Assembly (NCBI GenBank): GCA_964016885.1
Contig: OZ024745.1
Location: 57,536,001-57,600,000, forward strand
Direction: 5' to 3'
Length of the DNA stretch: 64,000 nucleotides
From: Eledone cirrhosa
Taxonomy: Eukaryota
Shown here: positions 48,361 to 62,703 of the stretch, piece by piece
Layout: each line of letters begins with the position of its first letter
How positions within the stretch are numbered: position 1 is the first letter of the stretch
Program-made: the position numbers and the translations under genes
The notes under the pieces: generated by a model
Seen by the model: only the letters and a program-made list of their open reading frames with translations
Databases searched by the model: none
Told to the model about the DNA's origin: nothing

Positions 48361-49456
48361 TGATTCTAGTCGATTCGCACATGTTGCGTTCCCACAGATT
48401 TATTTCTACCAACGGTCATTCACACAAAACTCTCGGTTGATTTTTATATTTGATAAAGAATTTCTAAGTTTTAAATATTGTGAAATATTGGGAAAAGCTA
48501 TATAAATTGAAAAAAAACACACAGCCAGTCTGAGGGTTGAAGGTATCAAACGTTGTGTGTGTTTGTGATATTTTCTCGTTCATTTTCCCTTTATTATTTT
48601 TCTTCCTATCATTTCAGTGGGCCAAGATATTTCTATCCACTGATTTCTCTCTTTTGAAATAATTTTGCATTGAGCTTTTCTCATTATTCTATGGATTCTA
48701 ATACATTTCTGCTCCGTCTCCGCCTTCGAGTCAACATTGTTTGTATTTTGTTCTGTATTTCTTTAGACTTTTCGTCTACGTATTTCTTTAGACTTTTACT
48801 CAGTACGTTGTTAATGAAATATGCCATAATGCTCAATTAAACGTGGAAAACGGAGTACGCCGGGATTAAAAATTCAACGCCGAATATCACTACCATACCT
48901 TTACGACTAGATCAATGCAAATTTTTGTTATTTTATTTAATCTGATAAGAATCATCAATATGTCTGTTCCAGGAAGATATGTTCTTTGCGTGACAACATC
49001 TTCATATATTATGCACCAGCCTATCGTTAATTATAGTATGTAATTCATAAACTTAACAAAAATATTATTCAAATGTATATACAACTTTATCTTCAAAGCT
49101 GACATTGTTTACATAATATATTATAGATAATATATTTTGGTTTACATAATGTATTGAAAGTGTGAATTACAACACAAAATACACGGAGAATAAACTAATC
49201 GTTAATTATGTTGCTTTTATACACCATATACGTTTTATTCCTTAGTTTTAAAGAAATGTAATATCATACACTTTATAATATCCGTCTTCATTTATTTTCA
49301 GTCATTGGTGTTATTCAGTTTTAAAATCTGACAATATATCAATCATTTCTTCTGTATCGGAAAGTTGATTGAGTTCTGTATATTTGATAGAAGCTAACGT
49401 ATTTTGTTTACACTGAACACTGACATAAAAACAAACGCACCGACACAAACACACAT

Positions 49457-49530
<74 letters not shown>

Positions 49531-50870
49531 TAGTGAGAAATATATATATATATTCTTTTTCAGTTAGATCATATTGTTATCGATTTTTAAGTCTAGTGCA
49601 CAGCAATATCTAGTACGATTTTTGTTTCTCTGCTCTTAGATTTATATATCTCGTTACCATTTCTAAATTTGACAGTTGCTGTATAGACAGACAACCCATC
49701 AAATACAATCCTTATTTTCAAGTAGGCTCTCCTACTTTTTACATTTTCCTATTTCTGCTATTTAGAATTTTGCCCCAGTTTTTCTCTTCTATCTCCAAAT
49801 CCTTTACCTAATCAACCGATTTACTTTCATCAAGTCTTCTTTCAGTCAAATAACTAAAAGTGAATGTTCGTTTCTTTTCACTTGTCAAATATTGTATTTT
49901 CCTATAGTTTTAGAAATACCAAATACCAAATAACATAATCAGTACGCAACATATAATGTCATTAGACATCGGGTTGTATATTTTAAACCTGAACTCAAGC
50001 TGTATCGCTTTGCCTTTCAACGGTGAATTATGAGAATAAGGCGAAAATATATCAGAAATTAGATACCTTATCAAAGAAAAAAAAGTTTCTTCTCATAGTC
50101 CTTGTTATGGAAGGATTTAGCAACTAATTATTCCTTCATTTTGATTACATATATTCAAGAATTATTGAGAAGCAAAGTATAGCAGTTTTTAGTCATTCAT
50201 ATTTTGTGAGAGCAGGATGATGTGTATTTGTACATACCAAATGTAACATTTCAGAAGAAAAGAATTAAAGAAAATAATCTGGTGTGTGCGTGAGAGATTA
50301 GATATCGTTTGAAAAATACGTGCATTTTGTTCATATACACTAAGATTTATGGAGTTTGTTACATTGTCGGCAGAATCAAAGATTAGACCTTTTCAGAAAT
50401 GCTGGATTGTCAGACGTAGAGGACGTGTTCGTAGCTATGGTGTGGTCTGACAGAAAGACTGGAATGCAAGAGACGAAAGACGTTTGGAAACATATTATTA
50501 ATTGCTGAAGAAACGTTGGTAGTTAGTAGATGCACATAGTAAGATGTATGTTTTTGAAATTAGTAACACTGCAGCATATTTTAAAAGCACGGGATTTATT
50601 CAGGGAAATTTAGAGTTTAATGTGTCTGGAGATTAATGGTATTGGGTATATCATTCTCAAGTACTAGAAGTGGATTAGTTAGGGTCTCTGCTTTGGAGCG
50701 ACCTGTGAGTCTTTTCAGATATACGTTGTATGTATTATGAGAATAGTGGTGTGGAAATACATATGTTGGACGATACTTTCTTAATATGCGTATTATGGAT
50801 TTCCATGAGAAGCTGGCACTAAACAATGAGGGTTTTTGGTGGCATACAAGCATACATGTTATGAAATGTT

Positions 50871-51060
50871 AATAATTGTTTCTACTTTTGGCACAAGGCC
50901 AGAAATTACCTATTGCATTACTGGTACTTTATGTTATCGACCACGTAAGAATGAAAGGCAAAGTTAACCTTGCCGGGATTTGAACTCAGAATAGAAAGGG
51001 CCGTAACTCTTTGAGTCAAAGCATGGCATCCGACCCTCTACCGATACTGCCAATCCAGCG
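50871..51060 (-). mobile_element. tRNA-derived SINE family A
   Basis: Reverse complement of the family A sequence. Confidence 0.9.
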
Positions 51061-52524
51061 GAAATGTTAATAATGTATGCAAAAGCTATAGGTAAATTTC
51101 CTTATTCATGGTTAAATCCTCATGGACACTTTATTTATAGGACATTTCCTGTTGACAATATTTATATGAAATTCGACAATTTCCTTCAAAAATACTTATT
51201 TCATAGAAAATTGTGTTGGACGGTTTTAAACTTGATATCACCTTCATTTTTAACAATATCATCGGGATCGCACACATCACTTGTAATTAGATTCATGATA
51301 TTAATAGAAGCTAGATAAATTAGATGGTATGAAATTATTAAACCTAAAAGGATGGTTTCATTTGAAAACAAAGAATATTACAATATATTGAAAAACAAAA
51401 TCTATTGTTCATTTGGCTGTAAAAGTATAATTAAGTGCAATAGTCGCAATCGTAAAGAAAACAGATAAAACTATTAAAAAGAAGTTTTATATTAAAATAA
51501 ATAACTGTTCCCGTTTTATTTTCGTTTTCTTTTTGTTTCTTTTCTTTTTCGGGGAAATACGAACCGTACATCATACACTATCTGGTTGTATTTTCTGTTT
51601 TCGCAGAACTTGAAAACGTCTGAATGTTAGTGTACATGCACAGTCACATTGAAGATTATCATATTTTTATATATTCTTTTCATGAAATCATTAATTATTA
51701 GAGTATTGTCAGGAAAGCCTCCAAGGCGCATTCTAGGTCGTTACATGTTGGAGGATAAAACTAGAGAAACATAATCCGTGGGGAGAAAATCATCATTTGT
51801 AAAGCAATATATTTCAGGTCAAGATTTATGCAGGAAAATCGTGTAAACAAGTTGTTTCACCTGTTACACGTATATAAATACATATTTGTATAGCTGTATG
51901 TATTACATTTTACTTGTACTGTCATATCGTTTCTTTATTGATAACAAATATATTAAGTGCAATAGCTAGATCAATGACGAACTGGCAAAGTTCAGCTAGT
52001 ACATTACTTTCATAAGTATATTAACATAGTGTCTACATTAGGGAATATTATTATGAACTTACCTGATATGTGAAACGAAAGAGGTTAGAGTATCAAATAT
52101 TCTATCGGCGTTATTGATCATTTGTAACATATACAGAGATACTTAGGAATTACAATCCTGCATTGACTCTTAGTGAGAAAATAAAATATAGAGCATCGAA
52201 TTCAGTACTCACATATATATTATATCAACAATGGTGTGACAATAGGGTAAGGGTCAATAGTCGTTCAATACGTAGTAAAAGTGCATTAAACCTTCATAAC
52301 ACTAGACATAGTTCATTTGTTTTCACAGTTTGGGTTTAAAATATGAATGAGATATTAAATAGAATGGACATATACACAAGACAAAATGGGATGATCATGT
52401 CTGAAATTTCTTTGATGATTTCCTGCTAAGGAAATAGTTCCAGACACTTAAAAGGTAATCCAATATAAAATAAATATGCCACGTCTCTAGTAATGTATTG
52501 AATACATTATTTAACTGTGTATTG

Positions 52525-52712
52525 GTGGTGGATTGGCAGTATCGGTAGAAAGACGGACGCTATGTTTGTAGCATAAAGTTACGCCCCTTTAAGGTCTCAG
52601 TTCAAATCCACCGACGTTAACTTTGCTTTGATCCTTACGGGATCGATAAAACAAAGTACCTGTAATGCACTGTGATAATTGCTGGCCTTGTGCCAAAAGT
52701 AGAAACAATTAT
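52525..52712 (+). mobile_element. tRNA-derived SINE family A with target-site duplication
   Basis: attatttaactgtgtattg at 52506-52524 and 52708-52726. Confidence 0.9.
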
Positions 52713-52782
52713 TTAACTGTGTATTGTTTTCTGATCCCCTTTCGGAAATCCACCCATGAATACCACACACACACACACACAC

Positions 52783-54668
52783 CTTCTCGATTTAGTCGCT
52801 AACATTTCCTTTCGCAAACACACTAACACCTTTCAAATGAAATTCAGATATGATATTAAGAAATTTAGGTCTTCTAATAACACCTTCGTTCTTTCCGACA
52901 AAACTAATAATATTTACGAAGTCGACAACACCACTTTCCGCCACCTGGCCCAATACGCTATTACTTCTAAATATAAGAAAACTAACCCTATGGCCTACCA
53001 CGACATTAATACAGAAGCCAAGGAACATGCCGCCGACGTTAAGGTAGATAAAAAGCTACAATCTCTAGCTAAGCGGGAGGCGTTCCTCGCCCTGAAAGTT
53101 CACAAGGTAGACTTTACTTCTAACCCCACATGTAGACTAATAAACCCGGCACGCACATATATGGGACTAGTCAGTAAGTCCATACTTAGAAACATAGTTA
53201 AGACCATTAGGACCAAGTCCAACCTACCCCAGTGGGAGAACAGCGACTCCGTAATTAAGTGGTTTAACTCCTTAAAATCCCAAAAAGCGAATTTCACATA
53301 GTTCGACATTGTCGATTTTTACCCGTCTATCTCAGAGAACCTGTTAAACAAAGCGTTGGACTTTACTACCACTTATATCACCGTCGATGGTTTAGACGGG
53401 GAAACCATCGCTCACTACCGGAAAACCTTCCTCTTCAACGACGGAGTAGCCTGGACAAAGAAGTCTACAACTTCAGACCTATTCGACGTCTCCATGGGAT
53501 CGTTTGACAGTGCTGACGTATGTGAGTTGGTTGGCATATTTATCTTAGACATATTGCGTGTTAAATTCCCGGACTTCCACACGGGAATATACCGCGACGA
53601 TGGACTGACTCTATCGAGCCATAATAGTGGTCACGACCTCGACCGGTTTAAAAAAGACTTAGCTTCTACCTTCAATGAGTTAGGACTTAGGATAAGAGTA
53701 GCCACCAACCTCTCTCGCGTAGATTTCTTAGACATTAATTTAGACCTTCGCACACACACACACATACCCTTCCATAAGCTAAACGAGAAGCTCAATTACA
53801 TTCACAAGGACTCATGCGACCCTCCCACTGTTTTTAGAAACTTCGATAAGAATATCATTACTAGGATCTCAAACCTCTCCTCTAATAAGGCTATCTTTGA
53901 CAGGGCGGCACCCTACTATAACACGGTGTTGGCTAACAGCGGCCTCTCACAACCTATCACTTACTCTCCAACTAGCAACACCGCCATTAAAAAAAGTAAG
54001 CGCAACAATAGACAAACTATCTGGTTCTCTCCTCCCTTCTTACTCAACGTTAAAACCAATGTAGGAAAACAATTGCTAGCCCTCTTAGATAGACACTTCC
54101 CCATAGGTCATAAATACCGATCCATCTTTAACTGACACAAAGTTAAACTAGGATACTCCTGCGCTAAGAACATGAAGGCCCACTTCACCAGAAGCCCTAG
54201 GAGCAACACCCACCAGGGTGCTCTTGCCGTAAGCCTGAAGCTTGCCCCCTTCAACAGCAATGCAACACACAAGCTGTAATTTATGAAGCTGTGGTCACTT
54301 CCAACCGACCAAACGAACCACAGGAGGTCAAATCCTACGTGGGCATGGCGGAGGGCCGATTTAAGGAACGTTTCCTGAACCACTAGTCTACCTTCAGGTA
54401 CCCGGACAAACGTTCATCCACGAAACTCGCGAGCCACGTATGGCCCCTCAAGGACTCAAGTATAGACTACTCCATTCAATGGAAAGCCATCACTAAGTAC
54501 AAGCCATACGCAAGGGGAAATCCGACGTTTGGCTTATGTATTGACGAACGAATAACTATTCTAAAGAGGTTACGCAATAGTGATTGCCTAAACACGAGGA
54601 ATGAATTTTTCAGACGTTGTCCACACGTTGCCAAACACATATTGCATAACTACAAGGCTCCGGAATGA
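52783..54668 (+). pseudogene. PLE RT + GIY-YIG polyprotein, disrupted
   Basis: SDKTNNIY, LKVHKVDFTSNPTCRLINPA, FDIVDFYPSI, FDVSMGSFDSADVCELVG, GIYRDDGL, FLDINL, WFSPPF..NVKTNVGK, CSCR..CP, YVGMAEGRFKERFLNH, LNTRNEFFRRCPH. Stops at 53299, 54133 and ~54384, plus frameshifts. Confidence 0.92.
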
Positions 54669-54825
54669 TTCTTTGTAATTTTATTTTCAACCTAAAAGCA
54701 TTTCGGACTTTCGCAGTTATCTCCCTTACACCTCTTGCACGCAGTCTAGTATTGCCTGTGTGAAGTGACCGGGTTTATGCGCATGCGCGTTCGTACGGTT
54801 GTCCTTCCTGTTCCTATAACCATGC

Positions 54826-54875
54826 CCATTCCGAGCTGATGATCCGCTAAGGTGAAACAATTTTTCTCGGTATGG
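54826..54875 (+). ncRNA. Minimal type I HHR in the pLTR
   Basis: ccat.ccgag-CTGATGA-t cc gctaa gg t-GAAA-caattt-TT-ctcgg.atgg; stem III probably carries one mutation. Confidence 0.75.
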
Positions 54876-55200
54876 TGAACTAATTGTTGTGTAACCATTT
54901 CTACCTAACACGTCCCATGGACTGAGTGCTCTACCACTACGGATATTACCTTCCAGTGTTCCACCATTATATATATATATATATATCGTTTCACGCATAT
55001 ACGAGTGTGTATATATTTGTGGAATATTTTCTTCGTTTCGAAACTGAGTTGGCGTTAAATGTAAGCATTACAGAGGTTAAAAGCTTTTTTGGCATTGAAA
55101 TACATATATTTACATTTAACACGGACCACATTTAATATGGTGTATCAAAAGTATACATATGTATATGTGCGTCCTTACTTATGTGTCTGCAAATCAACAT

Positions 55201-55232
<32 letters not shown>

Positions 55233-55236
<4 letters not shown>

Positions 55237-55300
55237 ACGCCAAATACGTGTATTCTCGTTATGTAATATACTTGTTTATATATATATATCTATGTGTGTG

Positions 55301-55346
<46 letters not shown>

Positions 55347-55428
55347 ACGCCAAATACGTGTATTCTCGTTATGTAATATACTTGTGTATATATATTTATA
55401 TGTATGTGTGTGTACATATATATATATA
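55233..55428. repeat. ~110 bp tandem duplication anchored in (TA)n
   Basis: tacaacgccaaatacgtgtattctcgttatgtaatatacttg occurs twice. Confidence 0.85.
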
Positions 55429-56218
55429 GAATGTAATTTTCAATCGCAGAGATACTATAAAAAAGCTAATTATATAGGGGGGAGATCCTTAAAAGATGGA
55501 AAAATGAAGATGTCATCGGACGTTATGTATGAGGAATCGAACACAATATCTCCCAGATTCTGGCTAAGCGCTTTTACTCATTAAGCCAAGGGTACGTTAG
55601 AACACTTAGCGTTTTAAATTTGGTAGATAGATGAATCATTTTTCTCAAAGGTAATAAGACATCCGTGCATGAACTAAAAATCATTATGTATATGTTGCCG
55701 ATATCTCGGACATTATAGTGCTGAGAACATAACTTTAATATATAGAAGAATGTGCTCATAAGAAGATATGCAATAAAATCTGAACTATAATAAAGAAAGG
55801 AGTGAGTGATTGCGTCCAGAATATATTTTGTTATCCCGTTTGTAAAATTTGTTGGATTACTTTTAGTAAATAATGAATGAATATTAAATAATTTCTGTAC
55901 TAAATTTGGTAACACTTGAGTAAACATAAATAATGTTATTGCTTATTTAAAGTTTCGCTTCTTTAAAATATTCAAATGTCAACACTTCAGTTTAGCGTCC
56001 GTTATATTATAACACTTATAAAACATCGCATATATTTTCGTCGCTAATTTTCTCCTAATGCAGTTTATATATAATATCGTATTTTTTAAATGTATCATGG
56101 ATTACTTTACTGATTGCAGAAGAGAGTATAATACTGACTCGCTTCAATTTCTGTGGATATTGTAAATTACGATTTTATTTCACATATAATATCTACATGG
56201 TTTTTCTGCAATTGTATT

Positions 56219-56409
56219 ATAATTGTTTCTATTTTGGGCACAAGGCCAGCAATTTTCCCAGTGCATTACTGGTACTTTATTTTATCGACCCCGTAAGGAT
56301 GAAAGGCAAAGTTAACCTCGGCGGGATTTGAACTCAGATCATAAAGGGACGTAACTATGCTGGAAAGCATAGCGTCCGACCCTCTACCGGTACTGCCAAT
56401 CCGCCGCCC
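56219..56409 (-). mobile_element. tRNA-derived SINE family A with target-site duplication
   Basis: Full length; ttgtattataat at 56212-56223 and 56410-56421. Confidence 0.9.
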
Positions 56410-56742
56410 TTGTATTATAATATTGGGTGAACAGTAGTAAGGGCCCCATGTTTTAATGAGTTAAAGTGCCCAGCCGGTATTTGGTAACTACAGAGTTCGA
56501 TTCTTCAATTTTTTTTTCTGGTTTTATGGTATTCCCCCTATTTCATAGCATCTTCGCGCATGAGCACTATATTTTTTATATTCAATTCATACTCGCGGCG
56601 CTTTTTTTGTCTAAGAGATCAGCTACATATACAGTCCTTTACACACACATATATATATATACATATATATATATACATAGCTATATACATATATATATTA
56701 TATAAATAAATATAAATATATAAATATATATACATACACATG

Positions 56743-56825
<83 letters not shown>

Positions 56826-57108
56826 ATTATAAATCATGTCTACAGAATTATTAGATAAAAAAAATATATACTCCATTTCCTCTGCCAAACAGCACAATCA
56901 ACCATATAAAAAATCAATTATACTAAGCCATAAGGATAAAAGCTCCTATGAAGAAATCTCCGACAAATAAACGAGAGTGGCCTCTTCGCACTATACACAG
57001 CCGGTTATTTATCCAACATTTCGACAGCATGCATAAATCGACCAAGTACATAATTAACCATATGCCATTCGGTGTAAAATCAAACATAGAAGAAATGTGT
57101 ACATACCG

Positions 57109-57151
<43 letters not shown>

Positions 57152-57169
57152 CACACTCACACACACATA

Positions 57170-57213
<44 letters not shown>

Positions 57214-57240
57214 CACACTCACACACACATATCTATATAT

Positions 57241-57318
<78 letters not shown>

Positions 57319-59610
57319 ATTTATGTATTCAGAATAATAATAAATTAAGACATTCACATAATCAAAATATGCGTTATTTTTCAGTACGTCCTCGTCAGAT
57401 AAAATACATGAATTGATGTATGACATACCTCAACGGTCTTGAAAAATCAATTCCAGTATTGGCAGTATATATAAGTATATATATATATATGTATATATAC
57501 TTATACATATATATATATATGTGTGTGTATGTGTGTGTGTGCGCACGTGTGTTGAATTTTGATTCTGCTATAAAGACGAGAATAACGAGAATGAATCGAA
57601 TGAATTATGATGTTGAATTTGGAATTTGCATGCATATTATCTTACACATTTCTTCTGTGCTTCATATTTTATCACCAATATATACAAATGTATTTTATTT
57701 TAAGATTCATAGTATTATAAATTTCAATGAACATGAGATAATCATTTATGTGGTGCCCAAAAGGAAGTAACATAGAAACCCCTTTTTTATGTATCTTTTT
57801 TATGCATCATATTGCTGAAATAACATGGACAAAACCAGATATTATTCTTCATCAATTTTAAGTCTGTTTTCAATGAAAAATATTTCGTATTATGCCCCCA
57901 AACTAGACCACATATTTACAAATATTATAAAATTCAGCAATTTATGAAAATTAATTTCAATAGCAAAACCATCGCAGATGATTATTCGATGTGTCATTAT
58001 TTTCTAAATAAACAATATGTTTAATAGGAAATCGAGCACAAATATTATGTGTACCAGATTTCCTAATTCCCATGTTTCAGGCACGTATGCAATCGAAACC
58101 TTATGATATCTTTTTCCAATAAATATTATTTTACGGTCAGAAATTTAATTTACATTATAGATTTTTCAATGTAGTGAACACTTATAATGATTATATTCAA
58201 AGCAATTATCTATAAGTGATTTATTAAATTCTGCAGTTAAATGACTCGATAAGCTTGTAAAATTGATTTATACACTGTTGAAATTATCAACTTCACATGT
58301 AGAGAAGAAAACTTGTTTAATATTTAAATTTTAACGAGTTTTCGTTTGGTGTGATACATGATATCCATTAAGATATCATAATTATGTGTCTGTGTACAGG
58401 ATTTGTCCTAAGCTAAATATATATCCTGAATAATTCTGAAAGGGGGTCGGATATATAACATTTCAAGTGGTAGCAAAAATGACATATGATTCAAATATAT
58501 TTATTCTAGGATTATACAAAAAAAATAGAAATGAGTGGGTTTTCGAGATTTACGCTTAAGCTGCAGATTGCTTTTAAAAGTCAGCTCCTATATATAGTCA
58601 CCCATCAGCTTTTTATTATATTATCCGTGGTAGTGACGTTGAAAGTCAAGTATATCCTGGTGGAAGCACTGGCCTTGCTCTACTGATTATGCACCGGCTT
58701 TCACTTTTGCATCAGACAGCTAAGGGAAGAAGTCTCGAAGGTACATAAAGGCTGCTGACTCCTTATCTAGAACTGTCACAAACTGTCATAATTTAAGTGA
58801 AGCGGTGGGAACAATAACTTCCATGGATCAACCAGTGGCTGTCCAAGTCACAAAAGCAAAGATAGATGGGATTAATAGTCTTTTCCTCTGCTTTCTTCTG
58901 CCAAGAAAGCAGGAAATAGCACTTATTGATCAAAGAAAATAAAACGAAATTAAAATTGTTGTACATAGTGTAATTACATGGATGTGAAAAGTAGGACATA
59001 TATCTTTTCCTGCAAATAACAGAATCTGCAAATAACAGAAACTGGTTGTTAGTGAATATTCAAGCATCAACCTATTTTTATATTTTCTGAAAACTTTATC
59101 AACTTTATATGTGTGTATTCTATTTCCATATCTTTCTAATTCCTATTTTTGAAATAAACGCACAATTAACAAGAATTAACGTATATCTGACACTGGAAAA
59201 ACAACCTATTTTTGGGTGTAGCTTTCCTAGTGTAATATACATGAATTTTAGAAGGGGAATATTAGGTATAATGAGACCATCCAATTATCATGAAGATGAA
59301 CCAGCTTATACATCAGTAATTATCACAATATTCATTGTATTAATTAGGATATTTTCTAGATGTTCATTTTCTCTTTCTACACCAATCAAATATATAATTA
59401 AACACATCTTCCCATTTGTCTCGGATACCTAATTTTCTCTTCATACACAATTAAATCTCTCGGAGTGACCGACACAAATACACGGACAACACAAAACATA
59501 CACGAGGTTTTAAGTTAATACTAGTCGGCAGCTTAACGAAATTTGATGGAGAAATATCATACGTAACATTCTTGGTAGGAAATAGACTCAAGTCGTAAAT
59601 GGTTATGATT

Positions 59611-59794
59611 AAATAACTGTTTCTACTTTAGGCACAAGGCCAGTAATTACCCAGTGCATTACTGGTACTTTATTTTATCGACCCCGTAAGGATGAAAGAT
59701 AAAGTCAACCTCGGCGGGATTTGAACTCAGATCATAAAGGGACGTAACTATGCTGGAAAGCATGGCGTCCGACCCTCTACCGATACTGCCAATC
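59611..59794 (-). mobile_element. tRNA-derived SINE family A
   Basis: Reverse complement of the family A sequence. Confidence 0.9.
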
Positions 59795-60245
59795 ACCATA
59801 ACCCAATATATTTAGGCAGAAGCTCTACCCTTTCTAACATAATTTACGCGAAGTAAATGAGCAAATTGGGCCCTACGCGCTGACCACCCCGCGGCCTCGG
59901 TGGACAGGATGTAAAAGGCGTTGGCCCAGTCGATGGTGAAGGAAAGGCGCTGGAAGAGCCACTACGTCTGGTGAGGTTCACACTTGGGTGTAGCCAACAC
60001 TGTGCCGATTGTGGTGAGTAGGGAGCGGGCCCTAGGATCAAGGTCACAGACGTCTCCACTGGTGATATTCTGGTACACATACTTGCCACAGACACCTGTT
60101 GTGACGAAACTCTCCGGCAAAAGAAAAAATAGAAATAATTGAAAGTCAGAGCGAGATCACCAACGCGGAGAAGAGTGAAGTGCTAGGGTGTAAACCTAAA
60201 AAATCCCAGAAGGACAGCACACAAATATATATATATATAAAGGAA

Positions 60246-60460
60246 GACGATCGACTTTCGTCAAATCGGACCGAGGGAACAATGTTTCCGTTGGTCTTTC
60301 CAATTGCTAATACTATCTATCGGTCGCAACTCCAAGTAGAAGGAGCAACGTGAAATAAAGTGTCTTGCTCAAGGACATTACGCATCGCCTGGTCCAGGAA
60401 TCGAACTCACAACCTGACGATTGCGAATCCAATTCTCTAACCACTCAGCCACACGCCTTC
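60246..60460 (-). mobile_element. tRNA-derived SINE family B (CORE-like)
   Basis: Reverse-complement match to 40316-40531. Confidence 0.85.
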
Positions 60461-60496
60461 ACTTCATTTATATATATATATATATATATATACATA

Positions 60497-61222
60497 AGCT
60501 GGACCACGCATATAAGCAGCAAAGTTGACATGGCCCGCAGAATGTGTTCCTGGATCCTCAGAACCTTCCAGTCGAGAGATTCCCGCACCATTATCCTTCT
60601 CTTCTCTACTTTCGCCCGACCACACCTTGAATACTGTTGTCCACTGTGGTCTCCCCACACGAAACAAAGTATCATGAAACTTGAAGCTCCTCAAAGGGCA
60701 ATCACGAAAAAGATAGATGGCATGTCAGACCTTGACTACTGGGGTCGATTAGAAAACCTGAAACTTTACTCACTCCAACGTCGCCGTGAGCGTTATATTA
60801 TCTGCATGATGTGGAAAATGTTCTATCATCACTGCCCAAATGATGTTGGCATCGCCTTCAAGATACACCCAAGGCTTGGGCCCCGTGCTATCCGTCCCAT
60901 TCAAAAATCTAAATCGCAACTCATAACAACAATACGGCACAATTATTTCACCTCAATCGGCCCTGCTCTCTTCAACATCACACCAGGACACGTCAAAACA
61001 GAAACTGACCACACAAAATTCAAGAAGTCTTTGGACAAATTCCTCCGAGTAATCCCGGACAAACCACCCACACCCGGATATGTCTCCGCAAACAGTAATT
61101 CTCTTCTCGAATGGGCCATGGTGCCCAAATCCTGAATTGAAAGACTTCGCCAGGTGGTGCTATTAAGTTAGACATGGCCTGGGCCAATGCTGGCCAAAAC
61201 ATTTCAAAGTTATTCAAAGTTA
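60497..61222 (+). mobile_element. 5'-truncated CR1-type LINE in (TA)n
   Basis: Uninterrupted frame SWTTHI...RPHLEYCCPLWSPH....KLEAPQRAITKKI.GM..LDYWGRL..LKLYSLQRRRER..., stop at 61135, short 3' UTR and a (ttcaaagtta)2 tail. Confidence 0.9.
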
Positions 61223-61245
61223 TATATATTTATATATATATATAC

Positions 61246-61299
<54 letters not shown>

Positions 61300-61361
61300 T
61301 TATATATATATATACATTTATATATATATATATATATATGTATACATTTATATATATATAC

Positions 61362-61405
<44 letters not shown>

Positions 61406-61453
61406 TTATATATATATATACATTTATATATATATATATATATATATGTATAC

Positions 61454-61537
<84 letters not shown>

Positions 61538-61592
61538 ACATTTATATATATATACATTTATATATATATATATATATATACATTTATATATG
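61223..61592. repeat. (TA)n microsatellite with periodic CATT interruptions
   Basis: About 370 bp of TA repeat with recurrent 'tacattta'. Confidence 0.9.
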
Positions 61593-61594
61593 TA

Positions 61595-62472
61595 TGAGGT
61601 GTGTCAGAAAAGTTCCAGGACTGATGTCACAAAAGATTTATTTTAAACCCAAACTTCACAGACGAGTTTTCTCCTTCAAACTAATCCCGCTGGAGTCTAA
61701 TGCACTTTCCGATCCTTTTCTGCCACTCATGCATGCATTCCTGGAAGGATTCTTCCGAGATCCTCCGCAGTTCCGTTCACGGCCTTTTTGATGTCGTCCA
61801 CCTCTTACAAACGGGTCCACGCCGGGTCGTACTCGAAGACCCATGACTCATCACCGGTGATGACTGTCTCTAGCATGTCTGGTTCGGTTCCAAGACGATC
61901 GAGGATGTCCTGGCACACTTGTATGCGTCGACCCTTCTGGTCATCGTTCAGCAGTTTTGGCACCATCTTCACGCAGACTTTTCGCATCTCCAAATCTTCA
62001 GTGAGAATCTTCCAGACGCTGTCCCGATTCATGCCCAGCTCATTTGCCATCCATCAGTCGAACAGTCAGCCGACGATCGCTACTCACTCTCTGCCTGACG
62101 CGCTCAGCGTTGACCTCAGTCCTAGTTGGTGAGGGCCTTCCGCTCCTGGGGTCATCTTGCACCACTCAAAAACACGTGAGCCTGACATCGTCTCATCTCA
62201 ATAGACTTGCTGCAACAATCCCAGTGCTTCTGGCGGAGTTTTCAGAAACCGTACCAGAAACTTCAAGTTTGTTCGTTGCTCTATGCTCATTGCTTGAAAA
62301 AGAGGACATGTATATAAAATTATGAAGAAAAAAGTTTGATCGCTGCAGAGAGCTAAGATTACAGTTACATTCTCTAGGGGGATCCTTTGAAGGAGAACAC
62401 TCTTAGTGTGAAGTTTGGGTTTGAAATAAATCTTTTGTGACATCAGTCCTGGAACTTTTCTGACACACCTCG
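61595..62472 (-). mobile_element. Internally deleted mariner DNA transposon
   Basis: ~66 bp TIRs (gaggtgtgtcagaaaagttccaggactgatgtcacaaaagatttattt..) flanked by TA. Peptides EQRTNLKFLVR, MRKVCVKMVPKLL, VITGDESWVFEYDP, then a jump to the C-terminus; the second D and YSPDL region are missing. Confidence 0.92.
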
Positions 62473-62538
62473 TATATACATTTATATATATATATATATT
62501 TCTTTCTTTCTCACTCTCTCTTTCTCTCTCTCTCTCTC

Positions 62539-62592
<54 letters not shown>

Positions 62593-62636
62593 AATATATA
62601 TATATTTATATATATATTTATATATATTTATATATA

Positions 62637-62699
<63 letters not shown>

Positions 62700-62703
<4 letters not shown>

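Larger units (their letters stand above)
52782..54968 (+). mobile_element. 5'-truncated Penelope-like retroelement (Naiad-like, second family)
   Basis: Begins after (CA)n and ends in (TA)n; RT+GIY-YIG remnants followed by an HHR-containing pLTR. Confidence 0.92.

Noticed and set aside
54133-54135. In-frame TGA in a Naiad-like ORF as possible selenocysteine (some Naiad elements encode selenoproteins)
   Set aside because: It aligns to Arg in the other element (FNRH), so a CGA>TGA CpG mutation is more likely. The CxC/CxxC cysteines I could read are TGY codons, and other stops are TAA/TAG.
57370-57410. Minus-strand CTGACGA-ggacgtact-GAAA HHR-like core
   Set aside because: No convincing stem I or stem III/NUH; may be chance or a heavily decayed relic.
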